From NCBI RefSeq assembly GCF_006345805.1, contig NC_043017.1:16616001-16680000 (forward strand): DNA of 64,000 nt, written 5' to 3'. This DNA is from Octopus sinensis. Taxonomy: Eukaryota. Shown here one piece after another: positions 11,063 through 25,299 of this stretch (its first letter is position 1; each line of letters opens with the position of its first letter). A program made the translations under genes and the position numbers. A model generated the notes under the pieces. It was not told where the DNA came from. It made no database searches and saw only the letters and a list, made by a program, of their open reading frames with translations.

Positions 11063-12749
11063 TCTTCTGTATATATATAAAATTGAATTTCTGTCTGTTT
11101 GCTTGTTTGTCTGTCAGAATGAAAGTAAAGACAGCAAATCCGTAGAAGTAGTCTCACCCTGGTTCAAATTCAAAACTGAATATTTCAATTCTCTTTGGGA
11201 ATATGGCCTGTCGATTTAAAGAATACCAATTAGGGAGACATATAAGCAGTAATGAGGCCTTTTGGCGCATATTTGGATTCTCAATCCACGAAAGGCTCCC
11301 AGTCGTTCAACAACATTTAGAAAATGGTCAAATGGTTTACTTCACTGCTGTGACAGCTGCAAATCAAGTTTCAGATGCAAAGGATACCACTTTAACAATC
11401 CTTTTCAATCTTTGTCGGGGGGACAATTTGGCAAAACGCTAGTATATCACGAGGTTCCTTCTTATTATACATGGAGTAATAATAAATGGAATAGACGCAA
11501 AATAGGTACATCCTGGGATTACGTTTGGCACAACAATTGGTAGAGTATATACTGTGCATTCTAACGAAAGCGAATGCTTCATATAAAAAAAGGGGCCGAC
11601 TTCATGGGAAAGCTTGAAAGAAGTTTGTCAAGAAAATAAAATAGCTTAAGCTACTTGCTGGGATTGCAGCAACATTACCACCCGGAGGTCGGACTACCCA
11701 TTCAATATTTAAGTTACATTTAGATTTATCTAACAAAGAAGATCCAGTGTGTAATATACCTAAAAATTCTGAAATGGGTGAACTAATACAAAAATGCTAC
11801 TTAATTGTCTGGGACGAATGTACCATGGCTCACAAAAATGGTTTTGAAGCTGTGGACAGAACATCATGTGACATTGGAAATTTTAATTCCAGGAAACTTC
11901 TGACAAACACTACAAGTTGTTCCAAGGGGAATAAAAGTGGACGAGCTCGATGCTTCCATATTCTGTATCATGGCACCATGTAAAAACACTTCAGCTTTCG
12001 ACAAATATGAGATCGAAGCTTTCAAGAGATCAATCAGCCGAACTATTTGCAGAGCAGCTTTTGAAACTCGGTGAAGGGAAATTTAGAATTGATGAAGAAC
12101 AGTTTCTTACGCTCAATCCAGTATATGTAATTCAGCTGATTCCATCGATGATTTGGTGAAATCTTTCCGAATCTTTTTCATAATTACAACAATACAGGTT
12201 GGATCCGTGAGCAAGCTATTCTGGCTCCAGTAAATGTTGCCGTAAATAGCAAAATTGAATAAACTTCCGGGAGAAATATTCACTTATAACTCAATTGAGA
12301 GTGTTAACTACCTCATCGAAGTTCTGAACTCACTAGAACCACCAGATATTGGTCATCAGCTGAAAAAAGTACTCCTATTATGCAATGGTACAAGACTGAT
12401 TGTGCAAAAACGTATGAGGAACTGCACTGAGGCAAATATTCTCACTGGTTGTGGTAAAGGTGAGATCGTTTACATTCTCCGCATACCAGTTATACCATCT
12501 GATGTCCCATTCCAGTTTAAGCGGTTACAGTTTCCTATCCGAGTTTCTTTTGCCATGAGCATTAATAACACTCAGGGCCAAACACTAAAAATTGTTGGAT
12601 TACAACTTGAACAACCATGCTTTTCACATTGTCAACTTTATATAGAGGCATCACGCGTGGAAGCAAAAGCAAATCCTTTTGCTTATGCACCCCGAAATAA
12701 AACAAAAAATATTGTTTATAAAGAAATATTCACTCTTAATGCAATATGA
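11063..12749 (+). mobile_element. Degenerate, internally deleted autonomous Helitron (RepHel: Rep-linker and PIF1 helicase fragments)
   Basis: A|TC start with TATATATAAAA. Frameshifted fragments YQLGRHISSNEAFWRIFGFSIHER, YHEVPSYYTW, LIVWDECTMAHK, LCNGTRLIV, FKRLQFPIRVSFAMSINNTQGQTL. No 3' CTAG hairpin seen. Confidence 0.85.
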
Positions 12750-12929
12750 ATACGTCAATAACTTAATCTTCCATTGCTCCCATTATATTCAAGAATCGGT
12801 AAATTGCCTTTTTGAATGATGCGTATTATATATAATTGCCGTTAGTGTATTAATAAATAAAATAACACATACAACTCGTTTGTTATTGTCAAACAGAATA
12901 AACAAACAGATAAAACAACAGACTTTAAG

Positions 12930-13257
12930 GTTGCAGGAAGTCATTCCGCGATAGAGCACATACACACGGGCTGACATGTACATTCGTATACAATCAAACC
13001 TACCGACCTCGACCGTGTCCACCCCCTACCCCCACTTGTGGCTTCCTCCCCTCCCATATCCACGACACTAACCATGCTCTCCGGCTCTGCAACTCTTTCT
13101 CCTTCCCTCTCGGCCCCTCTAAATTTCCCTTCACTTTTGATATCAAGAGACTATATACGGGGATCCCACACATCGAAGGACTTCCTGCCCTCAAACACTT
13201 CCTAGACCTCCGACCCAACCGCCAACCTGACACCTCCTCACTTCGCCTTGGCCGAAA
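12930..13257 (+). mobile_element. Penelope-like element RT fragment
   Basis: FDIKRLYTGIPHIEGLPALKHFLDLRPNRQPDTSSLRLAE resembles the PLE motif xDIKSLYTxIPH. Confidence 0.7.
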
Positions 13258-13582
13258 GATAACTACAGAAATGATACAAAGACAAGCCACCAAAACACAG
13301 TCCCCAAAGCAAAATTCATCAAAAGAAGCTGTGGTGAGTCTTTGGTGGTCTGGCGCAGGTATGATCCATTATAATTTCATTAAACCCGGCTCATCAATCA
13401 CGACCGAAGTATAACTACAGCCAACTGGACCAAACGATGCAGAAACTTACAGAAAAACAGCCTAAATTAGTCAACAGACCAACTCCTATCTTATTGCAAG
13501 ACAACACCAAACCATACATCGCAAAAATGACATTGGTGAAATTACAGGAGTTGGAGGTGGAAGTTCTCCATCCACCATCCTC
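13258..13582 (+). mobile_element. mariner (Tc1/mariner) transposase fragment
   Basis: MQKLTEKQPKLVNRPTPILLQDNTKPYIAKMTLVKLQELEVEVLHPP resembles the mariner LLHDNARPH...HPPYSPDL region. Confidence 0.8.
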
Positions 13583-14507
13583 AAAAGCATTCTATAGGGG
13601 ATTAGTGGAGGGGAGGTACGACGATGATCTCGGGGCGAACCTGGGCGTCGACGAGGATTACCTGACCCGCTTGTTCAGGAGACTTTCAGGCCGGGACCTA
13701 TGGACAACTTCCAGAGAACCCTGGCCTGGCAGTGCTATCGAGAACCGCTACTCGTTCGGGATAAGCTCTACAGACACGGCTCAAGGGGCCGACCTGCCCG
13801 AGATGCGGTCAGAGCGACGAAACAGTTCTGCACGCACTCGTGCAGTGTCCAACCATTTCCGACCTGTGGGCTTATGTCGAACAATTGCTCTCACGTGTGG
13901 GACGAGTCGGTTTATCAGCCGAGTCTATCGTCAATATCGTCACGCTTCCTTCCTTCAAATGGGAAGGAAGAGCTATTTTCATCATCCTTGTGGCTATGAC
14001 GAAAGAATGTATCTGGTGGACGCGTCTGAAAGGATTGGCGACAAACACTTTCCTCTCTGGTCAATCTCTTATCAATGTCTTCAAGTATCACTTGAAAAGG
14101 AAAGTGAGAGTAGAGAGACAAGTTTTGTCTAGCGAATGTTTAAAAAAAAAGATGGGTGAATGTAGCAAGGAAGCCACCTTGAGCATAATCCTATGAACCC
14201 GGAAAAAAATTAAAATAGAGAGTTACTTACTTGCAAATAAATGTGTTAACATGTGACATTATTGACTGAGGTTACCGTGGTCTTTTCCGTAGGCTTTTCT
14301 TTCCACGGATAAACTTTATCTGCTTCCTCCTTTACACTTTACATCATACCATTTCTGTGATACATGATTCCTATTGATCGTTTTTTTCACAATCCCTTTT
14401 AATCGAAAACCTACCCCATCTTTTTTTTCTTTCTCCCTAAAAAGAAAAGCTCTACTTTGTAATTTGTCCCGTCTGTGTTCAGCCATGTGTGGCTAATAAA
14501 GAAACAT
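13583..14507 (+). mobile_element. Tx1-clade LINE copy A, 3' fragment
   Basis: KAFYRGLVEGRYDDDLGANLGVDE...CPRCGQSDETVLH (zf-RVT-like), 3' UTR ending ctaataaagaa; closely matches 19960-20940. Confidence 0.9.
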
Positions 14508-14749
<242 letters not shown>

Positions 14750-15220
14750 ACGGACGTGATGTCAGTTCGGCTCCGAAGGTAATCGTTTATTTTGACTATC
14801 TATAGCCCATATTTTGTGTACATTTTTGTAAATAAGGTGTGTAAGGCACCCAACTTTCGTTTGAGTGCTTTTCCAAGGGAGGAATTCGCCCCTAGGGGCA
14901 GTTTCAACCCTATTTAATTTGTGTAATTTCCTTTTCGACATTTTGAAAATGTCGAGAAATTGTATTGTAGAACGATGGTCGCGTTCCTCTATCGACCATC
15001 ATTTTCCTAGTCTGGAAACGCTCGGAGAAAAAAAGAACTTATGCACGCAAAGTGCAAACATAAATGATTTTGGAATAAACGCTGCAACCACTTGTAGTAA
15101 CAGCCCTGTCACCACCACCACCACCACCACCACCATCAGCAACAAATACAAACAAAGGTCGCAAGGCCAAGCACCGTCAACACCACCAGGGAGTCCACCA
15201 CCAACACCGACAACAACACC

Positions 15221-15370
15221 ATGGCAGCATCTGCTACTAAAACTGCTATCCCTGCTAAAGACATCGCCATCAATAACAATACCAACATCACCATCACCGC
15301 CACCAAAGACCGTGCCGTCAATGCTACTAATACCACCAACACCACCGCCGTCACCAAGAACGACAATAAC

Positions 15371-15402
<32 letters not shown>

Positions 15403-17112
15403 TTCCCTTCAACCACTGCTCACTCCATCACCAACAAGTGAAAAAATAACAACGACAACCAAACGAAATGCCGAAATTTGCGCTAATGCAGGACCAAATT
15501 ACGCAGACAATTTTCCACCCCTTGCTAGTTGCATAATCAGCAACCACAAACCTACAACCCACACCCCTGCCATCAACACCAACACCACCGGCAGTAACAA
15601 CAATAACAAAACAACAACAAACTTTGCCGAGGCGATAAAAGAAAAAGTAACAAGAGTATCGTTTACTGCACAACAAATAAAAGATTGCAGAAACCTTATC
15701 ACCAATGAAAACGGCAAAATACTCTTACACATACCACAACACATACTGAATGAGGAAAAAAAGAAAACCATTGTTTATAAAATAACAAATAAAACAACTA
15801 AAAGTCCAGAAAAGGCAAGCACGGACAAAATAGAAAAGTGCCTATCTGGGGATACAAGGATTATGTGACTTGGGCGAACAAGTTCGCCCACGTACAGGTG
15901 GTTTTTAAGAATGAAGAGTTGGCGAAGAAATTCTCAACGATAACCCTTCATTCTGATGAACTAACGATGACACCGAATTACCTTGGCCAGAAGGTGACGA
16001 AGGTCATTATCAGTGGTGTCCCCCAAGTAACTACAACACTGTGGATAACATCCGCCATAACATCCGAAATGGAGAACTTAAACATCCTGGATATCGCTGT
16101 TTCGAAAAACAAGGACTGGCTGGGAAAGAGAATGGAGTTCCTCTTCCACATAAGTCAAGACGACATTAACAAAATTCCCACCCACGTACATCTTGCGGAT
16201 GGCCGCAAGTTGTACGTAGTAGTCGAGGGCAGAAGGCCACGATGCTATACATGTGGCAGTGAGGCACACCTCAAAAAGGAGTGCAAATCTGCCGCTAAAT
16301 TACAACAACAACAACAGCCACAGGAAAAACCACAAAAGCCAGCATTATTGCCCACACCACAATATGGACGGCTAATCAAGAAGCTGTATGCAGAAATGCA
16401 TGAAAAACAACAAAGAACAAGCCAACCCAACCAAACAACACCAACACCAGCGCTAAGAACAGAATCATCACCACCAACAACAACTAAACCAATTCCAACA
16501 CCGAGAATAACAACGAAGAAGACAAGCACCAAGGATGTAGGAGAGACAATAACCACAACAAACTCACCAGCAACACCCTCCCCGCGCACCACAACAATAT
16601 CTACAACCTCACAAACAGACCCAGACGCTTTACCCTTACCCCCTGCTGATTCGTCAGACTTTTCATCTAACGATGAAAGTTCGACAGAATGGCAAATAGC
16701 CACAGGGGGTAAAAGAAAAAGATAAAAAAAAACCAAACAAGAAATCGCAACCAAAGCAGGGAGATACCTGAACCCTGAAAACTCCATACACAACCAAACA
16801 AGTACCAACACCACAAAAATACACACAATGCTATCAGCGATAGACACCAAAGACTCCAAACTAATGGAGTACATCACAGGCCACACAAACATTTGTGAAG
16901 ATGACTTTAAAAATAGCAATCATCCACGCACTACACCACCCAAACACATCAAAATACTACACATCACACAAACACAACACCACAAACTCAAAGCCCTCTT
17001 CCCAAATGCTGTAGGGGGTTTCCAAAAATATCTCTCCCAAAAACTTTATAAAAACCTCCTCGAAGACACATCAAAGAACGAGGAAGCCAAGACTTTCGAC
17101 AAAAGTAAGTAA
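15221..17112 (+). pseudogene. Tx1 ORF1 (gag-like, CCHC zinc knuckle), disrupted
   Basis: Track ORFs 15221-15868, 15838-16725 and 16828-17112. One frameshift in a G run near 15845 and one in-frame TAA at 16723-16725. Knuckle CYTCGSEAHLKKEC; Thr/Asn/Gln-rich low-complexity tracts. Confidence 0.8.
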
Positions 17113-17162
17113 CTCTCTGTACTTTCCTTTTTGTGTTTTAAAGCACACACCCTAATAGAATC

Positions 17163-20100
17163 ATGGTCAAGATTGGTTGTGTGAATGCGCGTGGCTTGGG
17201 GTCTCCTTGGAAACAAGGATACCTCCTAAATGACATCAAGTCACATGATTTGGGAATCATAGCCATAAGTGAGACCAGACTCCACGAGCCACGGGCCCTA
17301 AAGTCCATGTTTGGCGGACAGTTTAACATTTATTTTGCTCCCTGTCTGCCGAGGATGGGCGGTAGTGGCACCGTGGTACTTTTTCACAAGAGCCTGGATG
17401 TCGAAGTCAAGACGATATTCGTAGACCCGGAGGATAGACTGATCGTTCTGGATGTCGACGGCAGCAATGGGTGCGCTTTTCGACTCGTATCAGTCTACGC
17501 ACCGCCTTTAACAGGTCGGCCGGATTTCTTTCGACGTCTAGAAGTATTCCTGGGAACGTCTCGTCCTTTACTTTTAGTGGGGGATTGGAATGCTAGCTTG
17601 GACACACATCTAGACTATGTGGGGAGAGACAAAAACAGAAGGGGATGCAAATGTCTCAGAGACCTGCTCATACGATTCCAACTGTCTGACAGGTACCGAC
17701 TCGACCACCCAAATGCACCAACGTGGACATGGAGCAACCGCAGTGGGTCGTCGAGATCGTATCTAGATAGGATACTGTGTAGGACAGTAGACAAGGATAA
17801 CTTAGGATGTCCACAATTCCACACAGTCAGCTACACGGATCACAAATTCGTGACGTGTACACTAGACTTAGATAAGGCACATAGACAGGGTCCTGGGTAC
17901 TGGAAACTGAACGCATCATTCCCGTCCAGACAAGTTTTCAGAGACAGAATCAACATGTTAGTAAAAAGGGCTTTAACGGGAGCCATTGTCAACAACAAAT
18001 GGTGGTTCGCCCTCAAGAGAGCAGTAAAAGCGGAAGCAATTAGATATAGCAAGGCACTAGCCGTAGATAGAAATAGAGTAGAGGGTGAGTTAGTTAAGAA
18101 GTTAGAAGAGGCAATAAGAAGTGGCATCACGTCCGACGTTTTAGCGGCGAGGTTGGCCCTTGAACAACACTTCAACGCCAAACACGAAGGGTGTGCTGTC
18201 AGGGCTAGGATGCGTGCTCTAAGGATGGAAGGTGTTGGAGCCGCGAGGGAGGCCCGGGTGGCGGAGGCGCAGCAGGGCAACAAAGCCACCATTCGGTCTC
18301 TGGTAGATGAACAGGGGCGCGAATTGCTCGAGCCCAGCAAGATGTGCGAGACATTTCAGCGGCACTTTGCCCGACTGTACGGGACGAGTGGTGAGCGTGA
18401 ACGCAGGGTGGACTTCAGTGCCTACCTGCACAGCCTACCACGACTCTCGGCAAGAGAGGCAGAGTGCTGCGAAGGTGCCATCACGGCGGCGGATGTGCGG
18501 GACGCGATGGCAGAATGCTCGAGAGACAAATCGCCGGGTTTGGATGGTCTGCCCTACGAGTTTACAATTATATGCCAGACTTGTTTGGAGACGTCTTGGC
18601 AGCGGTATACTGCAACTGGCAGCAAAACGGGAGCATACCCGGTTTTGTGAGTCGAGGAGCTGTAACTCTGCTGAAGAAAGATCCAAACAAGGGGAACATT
18701 ATAGATAACTTTAGACCAATCACTCTGCTCAATGCAGACCTGAAAATTTTGACAAAGGTGTTAGCCAAGAGGTTGGCGCTTGTCATCGAGAAACTGGTCG
18801 ACAACGCACAAACGTGTGCCGTGCCCAGCCGGAGCATCCATGACAACCTCCATCTGATGCGCTACATCATAGACAGGGTAGTTAACGAACCTGGCATGGG
18901 TGGGGCCCTGATCAACTTGGATCAATCGAAAGCCTTCGATAGGGTAGACCATCGATACTTGGAGGCAGTCCTGAGAGCGGCTGGTTTGGGTCCCGTCTTC
19001 CGCGGCTGGATAGCTGCCTTGTACAGAGGCATCCGTTCGGTAATTTGCGTAAATGGACATCTATCGAGACCTTTCGACATTGCACGTTCGGTTCGTCAGG
19101 GATGCCCCCTTTCGGCGCTTCTATACGTATTGACTCTTGAGCCACTACTGCGGAAGCTGGCAACTCTGAGGGGCATCCCGCGAAAATTGGGATGCGGGAC
19201 GAGCGTGTCTGCATACGCGGACGACGTCACCGTCATAGTGTCAAGCCACGAGCACATCGAGCGGGTCGGCGAGACACTGAAAGACTACGAAGCGGTGACA
19301 GGAGCAAAAATCAACCGGGAAAAATCAGTGGGTTTGCGGGTCGGCACCTGGAGAAGCAAACCCATGCCGTCCACCAGTACCTCCGTCGTGGGACGCTGTA
19401 CAGACGGCCCGGTTAAGTTGCTCGGGGTCTGGTTCGGTCCGGACCTCCAAATGGAGAAGAACTGGAACGAGATAACGAGTAAGGTGGTCACTCTCGCCCA
19501 GCAATGGGCCGAGAGGAAACTGTCCCTAAAAGGTCGGGCGGAGGTGGCGAACGCGTACATCGCGTCCATCATCTACTACCGCCTGACCATCGTACCTTGT
19601 CCCGACCCTACCATCACCAAACTAGAACGCATTCTCTTCCGCTTCTTGTGGAAAGGATGCGTCCCGATGGTCAGGCGATCCATTTGCTGTCAACACCCGT
19701 TAAAAGGAGGGCTGGGCATGCCGTGGTTGATGATGCGCAGACACGCGCTGAGACTGCGACATCTCCGGCTCTATGTAGACGACAGTGAACAGGTGTGGTC
19801 GCCGTTTGTACAGCGCGCTTTCTCGCAGCTCATCTCCATGGCCGAGCTGCAGTCGTGGATCAAGAAGAGGCTAAAGAAGGGCGAATGGCACCGCGAGTGT
19901 CGCGTTGCTCTCAAGCAACTCTGCCGTCCCGGGTCGACCTTGAGTGACTTCAACACAACCAAAGCATTCTATAGGGGATTAGTGGAGGGGAGGTACGACG
20001 ACGATCTTGGGGCAAACCTGGGCGTCGATGAGGAATACCTGACCCGCCTGTTTCAAACGACTTTCGGCCCGGGACCTATGGATAACTTCCAGAGATCCCT

Positions 20101-20515
20101 GGCCTGGCGGTACTACCGTGAAGCGCTACTCGTTCGGGATAAGCTTTATAGGCATGGCTCGAGAAACACGGGGCCGACCTGCCCGAGATGCGGGCAGAGC
20201 GACGAAACCGCTCTGCACGCAATCGTGCAGTGTCCAGCAATTTCCGACCTGTGGACTTATGTCGAACGACTGCTGTCACGTGTGGGACGTGTCGGTTTAT
20301 CAGCCGAGTCTATCGTTAATATTGTCACGCCTCCTTCCTTCAAACGGGAAGGAAGAGCTATTTTTATCATACTTGTGGCTATGGCGAAAGAATGTATCTG
20401 GTGGACGCGCCTGAAAGGATTAGAGACAAACACTTTCCTCTCTGGTCAATCTCTCATCAACTTCTTCAAGTATCACTTGAAGAGGAAAGTGAGAGTAGAG
20501 AGGCAAGATGGATGA
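17163..20515 (+). pseudogene. Tx1 ORF2 (APE endonuclease + RT + C-terminal Zn-binding), one frameshift
   Basis: APE motifs NARGL, SET, GDWN, YLDRI, TDH; RT motifs FRPITLLN, DQSKAFDRV, RQGCPLS, YADD; CPRC...H...C. Frameshift at gagttt^acaat (~18565); short deletion near the C-terminus relative to copy A. Confidence 0.92.
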
Positions 20516-20940
20516 ATGTAGCAAGGATGGCACGTATGAATGACGAAACCACCTTGACTATGATTCTATGAACCGTAAAAATTAATACAGAGAGTTGCTT
20601 ATTTGCAAAAGAAAAAAAAGAAAGAAATATAACATGTGACTTCATTGACCGAGGGTACCGTGGTCTTTTCCGTAGGCTTTTCTTTCCACGGGTAAACCTC
20701 ACCTGTCCTCCCCTTTACACTTCATATTGACATTTCTGTGATAACGACCCCTATTGATTTCATTTTTTTCCCTTCCCCCCCACCTTTTTTTGTTTTGCTT
20801 TAATTATATCCGCCCCCCTTATTTTGTCCTTCTTTCCATTTCGATCCCTTTTGACCCCTTTCTTTTACACCCAAAAGAAAAGCTCTACCTTGTAATTTTG
20901 TCCTGTCTGTGTGCAGCCCTGTGTGGCTAATAAAGAAGCA

Positions 20941-21043
<103 letters not shown>

Positions 21044-21394
21044 GTCTATCTATCTATCGCCCGCGACAACCTCGGCTTCGTTGTTGCGTGATTGAGTGTA
21101 TGTGTCGTGTGTTTGTGTGTGTTTATTTGGATGGGTGTATGTGTGTGTATGATTGACTGAAGAACGCACCTCTCCGAATGACATCCTTTGTAAAGTCACC
21201 AGCCCTCTACCACTTCACTTAGCAACACTCCTTTACCAAATTCTTCTCATCCTTCTGTTTATCTGTTACCAACCCTCTACCACTTCCCTTAGCTATCCGC
21301 CTCACACCAGTCCTCTTACTGCCGCCTCTCTTCCTTCGAAAGTTGTCCATCCGTCCATTACAATTTTATAAGTTCTATGATAAAAGAATATATT

Positions 21395-21802
21395 TCTTTA
21401 CTACCCACATGGGGCTAAACACAGAAGGGACAAACAAGGACAGACAAAGGGATCAAGTCGATTACATCGACTCCAGTGCGTAACTGGTACTTAATTTATC
21501 GACCCCGAAAGGATGAAAGGCAAAGTCGATCTCGGCGGAATTTGAACTCACAACGTAGCAGCAGACGAAATACCTATTTCTTTATTACCCACAAGGGGCT
21601 AAACACAGAGGGGACAAACAAGGACAGACAAACGGATAAGTCGATTACATCGACCCCAGTGCGTAACTGGTACTTAATTTATCGACCCCGAAAGGATGAA
21701 AGGCGAAGTCGACCTCGGCGGAATTTGAACCCAGAACGTAACGGCAGACGAAATACGGCTACGCATTTCGCCCGGTGTGCTAACGATTCTACCAGCTCGC
21801 CA
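21395..21802 (-). mobile_element. Two tandem SINE family-1 copies (21395-21575 partial, 21576-21802 complete)
   Basis: Reverse complement of the 57500-57727 sequence, present twice head-to-tail. Confidence 0.85.
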
Positions 21803-22340
21803 AAGAATATAGATATGTGCTAAGTAATGCGCATGGCACTAGCAGAAACGCATCTGGCCACTGACATAGTCCACGCCGAAATACGTTTATCAAAGTAGGT
21901 TTTATTTCGTACTAACTGGAGTGAAAGAACTCGTAGTGGAGTTACCATTTCCATTACTCATTAGTTTGTGACATTTCTGCACACCAAGAATACTCAAGGA
22001 ATGGTCTTATGTAAAAAAACTCTTCTCAGTTCAGTAATACCGTTCTTATCTCCCAAATCCACTCTGCTCTCAATTTTCCCCTTCACCTCACCCTCCTCCA
22101 CTCCCTCTTTCCCCCCCTTTCCTTCTGCTTCATCAAGTTCCTCTCTCTCTCTACACGCAGGAATCTCACGTGGTCCTTGCGTTCCTCATGAGTTGGAGTC
22201 AGTTTTTCTAACACGTAAAACTCTGTTCTCTTTTCACTCCTGTCACTTTTTTTACCTGGAAAAAGAGCTGGATTTTGCACTTTTGACGGCAAGTTCACTG
22301 ATTTTATCGATTTTACTACACACACGCGCACGCACACACA

Positions 22341-22395
<55 letters not shown>

Positions 22396-22743
22396 GCACA
22401 CACACACTCACACACACTTGCAAGCGTAGGAGTGCATATGTGTGTGCATATGTTTGAGTCAGTGTGCAAAATTTTATGCATGCTTTTGTGAAGGAATGTA
22501 TATGTATATCTGTATGTGTGTGTGTGTGTGTCTGTGTGTGTGTGTATGTATGTGTGTGCGTGTGTGTGTGTGTGTGTATGTCTGTAGACACATTGTAAAA
22601 ATATGCCAAACCGCGTGTCTCAGTGGTAAACAGTAACTCTTATTTAAATGCGGTGTTCATAAATGATATTCATCTCACAGTTTGAACTACATTTTTGTCG
22701 TTGATTCTACCTTAACGAATATATATATATATATATATATATA

Positions 22744-23131
22744 CTAGCAGTATCGCCCGGCGTTGCTCGGGTTTGTAAGGGAAATAACTATATAAGCATT
22801 TTTAGAGATGTAAAGTATAATAGCCATCTCAATATGGTTAACCACAAAGGGGGGTGTTACTGTAGCTTTTTACGTTCTGAGATTTAATAAATTTTTAGAG
22901 AGTTACTTCCCTTATGTATGCCAAAAATGCATTAAAAATGGGAAAAATTGATTGTAAATTTTTTAAAAATCGTAGACTCATCGTAGACGCGCGCTAATAC
23001 CCAGAAGGGCTCGATATGAATCACGACTATAAGATACCCGGTTTTGGTTAAACTGCACCGCAAAATGTGGGAGTAGTTAGGAATCTAAATCGTAGGAGAC
23101 AGACAGCACACAACCTCACTTTTATATATAA

Positions 23132-23134
<3 letters not shown>
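22744..23134 (-). mobile_element. Non-autonomous Helitron (family A subtype) inside a (TA)n tract
   Basis: Minus-strand A|TC ... hairpin CTAG|T, with (TA)n on both flanks. Confidence 0.9.
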
Positions 23135-23189
<55 letters not shown>

Positions 23190-23202
<13 letters not shown>

Positions 23203-24650
23203 TTCAATTCTCTTTTGCACGGTTTTGAAACAACACGGTCCAACAAAAAACACCGATTATTTTTTTTGCACTGTTTTTTCTTTATTACTTTAACGCGGTT
23301 CGAACACCTGTCCTTGTGTGACCACGGAATTTATTGCAAGTGGCAAGTAAACCATTAAGTAACATCAATGAATTATAATTTACAAAACGCCAAAACTCTA
23401 CGTAACATGGTTAAGTAACAATTTAGCGAAGTAAAATAGAATCGAATCCATTTTTTCTTCCGTATAGCGATCCACCACTATCCGGTGTGGGCGGGACCTG
23501 TGCACCGTACATACCCCTGGCTGCGGAGGCAGTCTTTAGCGTCGGGTCTAAGACGAAAGACGCGTCACGTGCTTCATCTTCTGCTATATTTTTTTATTTG
23601 CGATCGTTATAGTGATAACCTATCCCAAAATATCGGTTGACACATCTAAAAAAAGAATAAAGGAGCATCAATTTCTTTGGAGACAAAGATCATTATTTTG
23701 GATCGCCTTCGTGAGGGTGAAAGCGAGCTTTCTGCCTGAACGAAGCTATCACTCTCACGAAGGCGATCCAAAATAATGATCTTGGTCTCCAAAGAAATTG
23801 ATGCTCCTTTATTCTTTTTTTAGATGTGTCAACCGATATTTTGGGATAGGTTATCACTATAACGATCGCAAATAAAAAAATATAGCAGAAGATGAAGCAC
23901 GTGACGCGTCTTTGGTCTTATTCAGTAAATTACCAGTTCATCGGATGACAGCAGAAATACTTACTAACTGGTTTAACAACTTCTTCGTTCTTGAAGTAAG
24001 AAGACATAAGATATATTGTAGATGAACTAGAAAAAAGATGGTACACTTTCAATCTTTCAAGCATGGAAAAAAATTTACTATAATTAATTGTGTTAATTAT
24101 GCTGCCCTGGCTTTATCCAAATTAAAGGCATCCACCTTAATTGCATGCTGGAGATCACTTTGGCTAGAATGTGTAAAGTCTAAAAATCTCGTATCTAAAT
24201 AGGAACGAATTAGATTCTAATATCATCAATTTGTCACATCAGATTGACAGAGAAGGTTTTGAAGAATTAACAATTGACGAAGCTACTAATGAAGAACAAA
24301 TTATAGAGAGTATTCCAGAGAATGTATATGAGTCCACGTTAATTTATAGTAGTGATGATGAAGAAGGGGTCCCACTATCTGCAAGTACAATCCAAGAAGG
24401 ACTCCAAATAGCCTATAAACTTGGAAATCATTTTCTTACAAATAATAACAATGTTGAACGAGCCGTGCAATTCCAACGTAATTTGAAAGTTATTATGGCA
24501 CGTTACGAAGAATCATCTAAAGAACTAACAAAAACAAATTCACAGCGTTTGATAACCGAATTCGTATTTAAAACCAGTGAAACAAAAGAAGCCCAAGATG
24601 TTAATTTTATTCAAGACGCACATGAAGATATATCGCCATTAAATATTTCC
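23190..24650 (+). mobile_element. pogo/Tigger DNA transposon remnant with an internal fold-back
   Basis: Degenerate N-terminal HTH-like (KKRI..SLETKIIILDRLREGES), DDE-region (LPVHRMTAEILTNWFNNFFVLEVRR) and acidic C-terminal (24231-24719) fragments typical of Tigger/CENP-B transposases. Confidence 0.7.
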
Positions 24651-24668
24651 AGTGTGTGTGTGTGTGTA

Positions 24669-25062
24669 TCTCTCTCTATATATAAAGCTGAAGTTGTCTG
24701 TGTATCGCAGGTTTGGTAGCCTTCAACTAACACTATCTTCTCCGAGACCCTATGGTGCAAGTTGACCAAAATTGAGAGTATGATAGAAGAAGGCTTGCTC
24801 TTCCTTCCGTAGAAGAAAAAATTCAAATCGGGCCATGTTAATACCAAAAATTATTTACAACACAAAGGTGCTTTTTTTCTATGAAAATCCCTATTTTTTA
24901 CGATTTTTTGACTGCTGTGTCGCCATTTTTCGGTGTATTTCACCCAGAAAAATGTTCACTTAAAGAGAATAACAAGCTACATAATGCAACATTTTTACTT
25001 TTCGAAAATTCCAATTCTAAAGGGTCGAAACAAACCCGAGCAACGCCGGGCGATACTGCTAG
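24669..25062 (+). mobile_element. Non-autonomous Helitron: family-A 3' terminus, different interior
   Basis: A|TC...tatatataaag start; acccgagcaacgccgggcgatactgctag|T end. Confidence 0.85.
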
Positions 25063-25065
25063 TAG

Positions 25066-25127
<62 letters not shown>

Positions 25128-25299
25128 TATATAGAGGGCACTATTACACATTACACATAGATGCCGCACGCTAGGAGGGACTTTTAAAGTCAAAACTACC
25201 AAAATAAACAAATTGTACCGAATGCAATCTTCGAAGCGAGTCATTTAAAAACAGAATTTAGTTACATATCACCTGTGATTTCGCAATCAATGCAGAATA

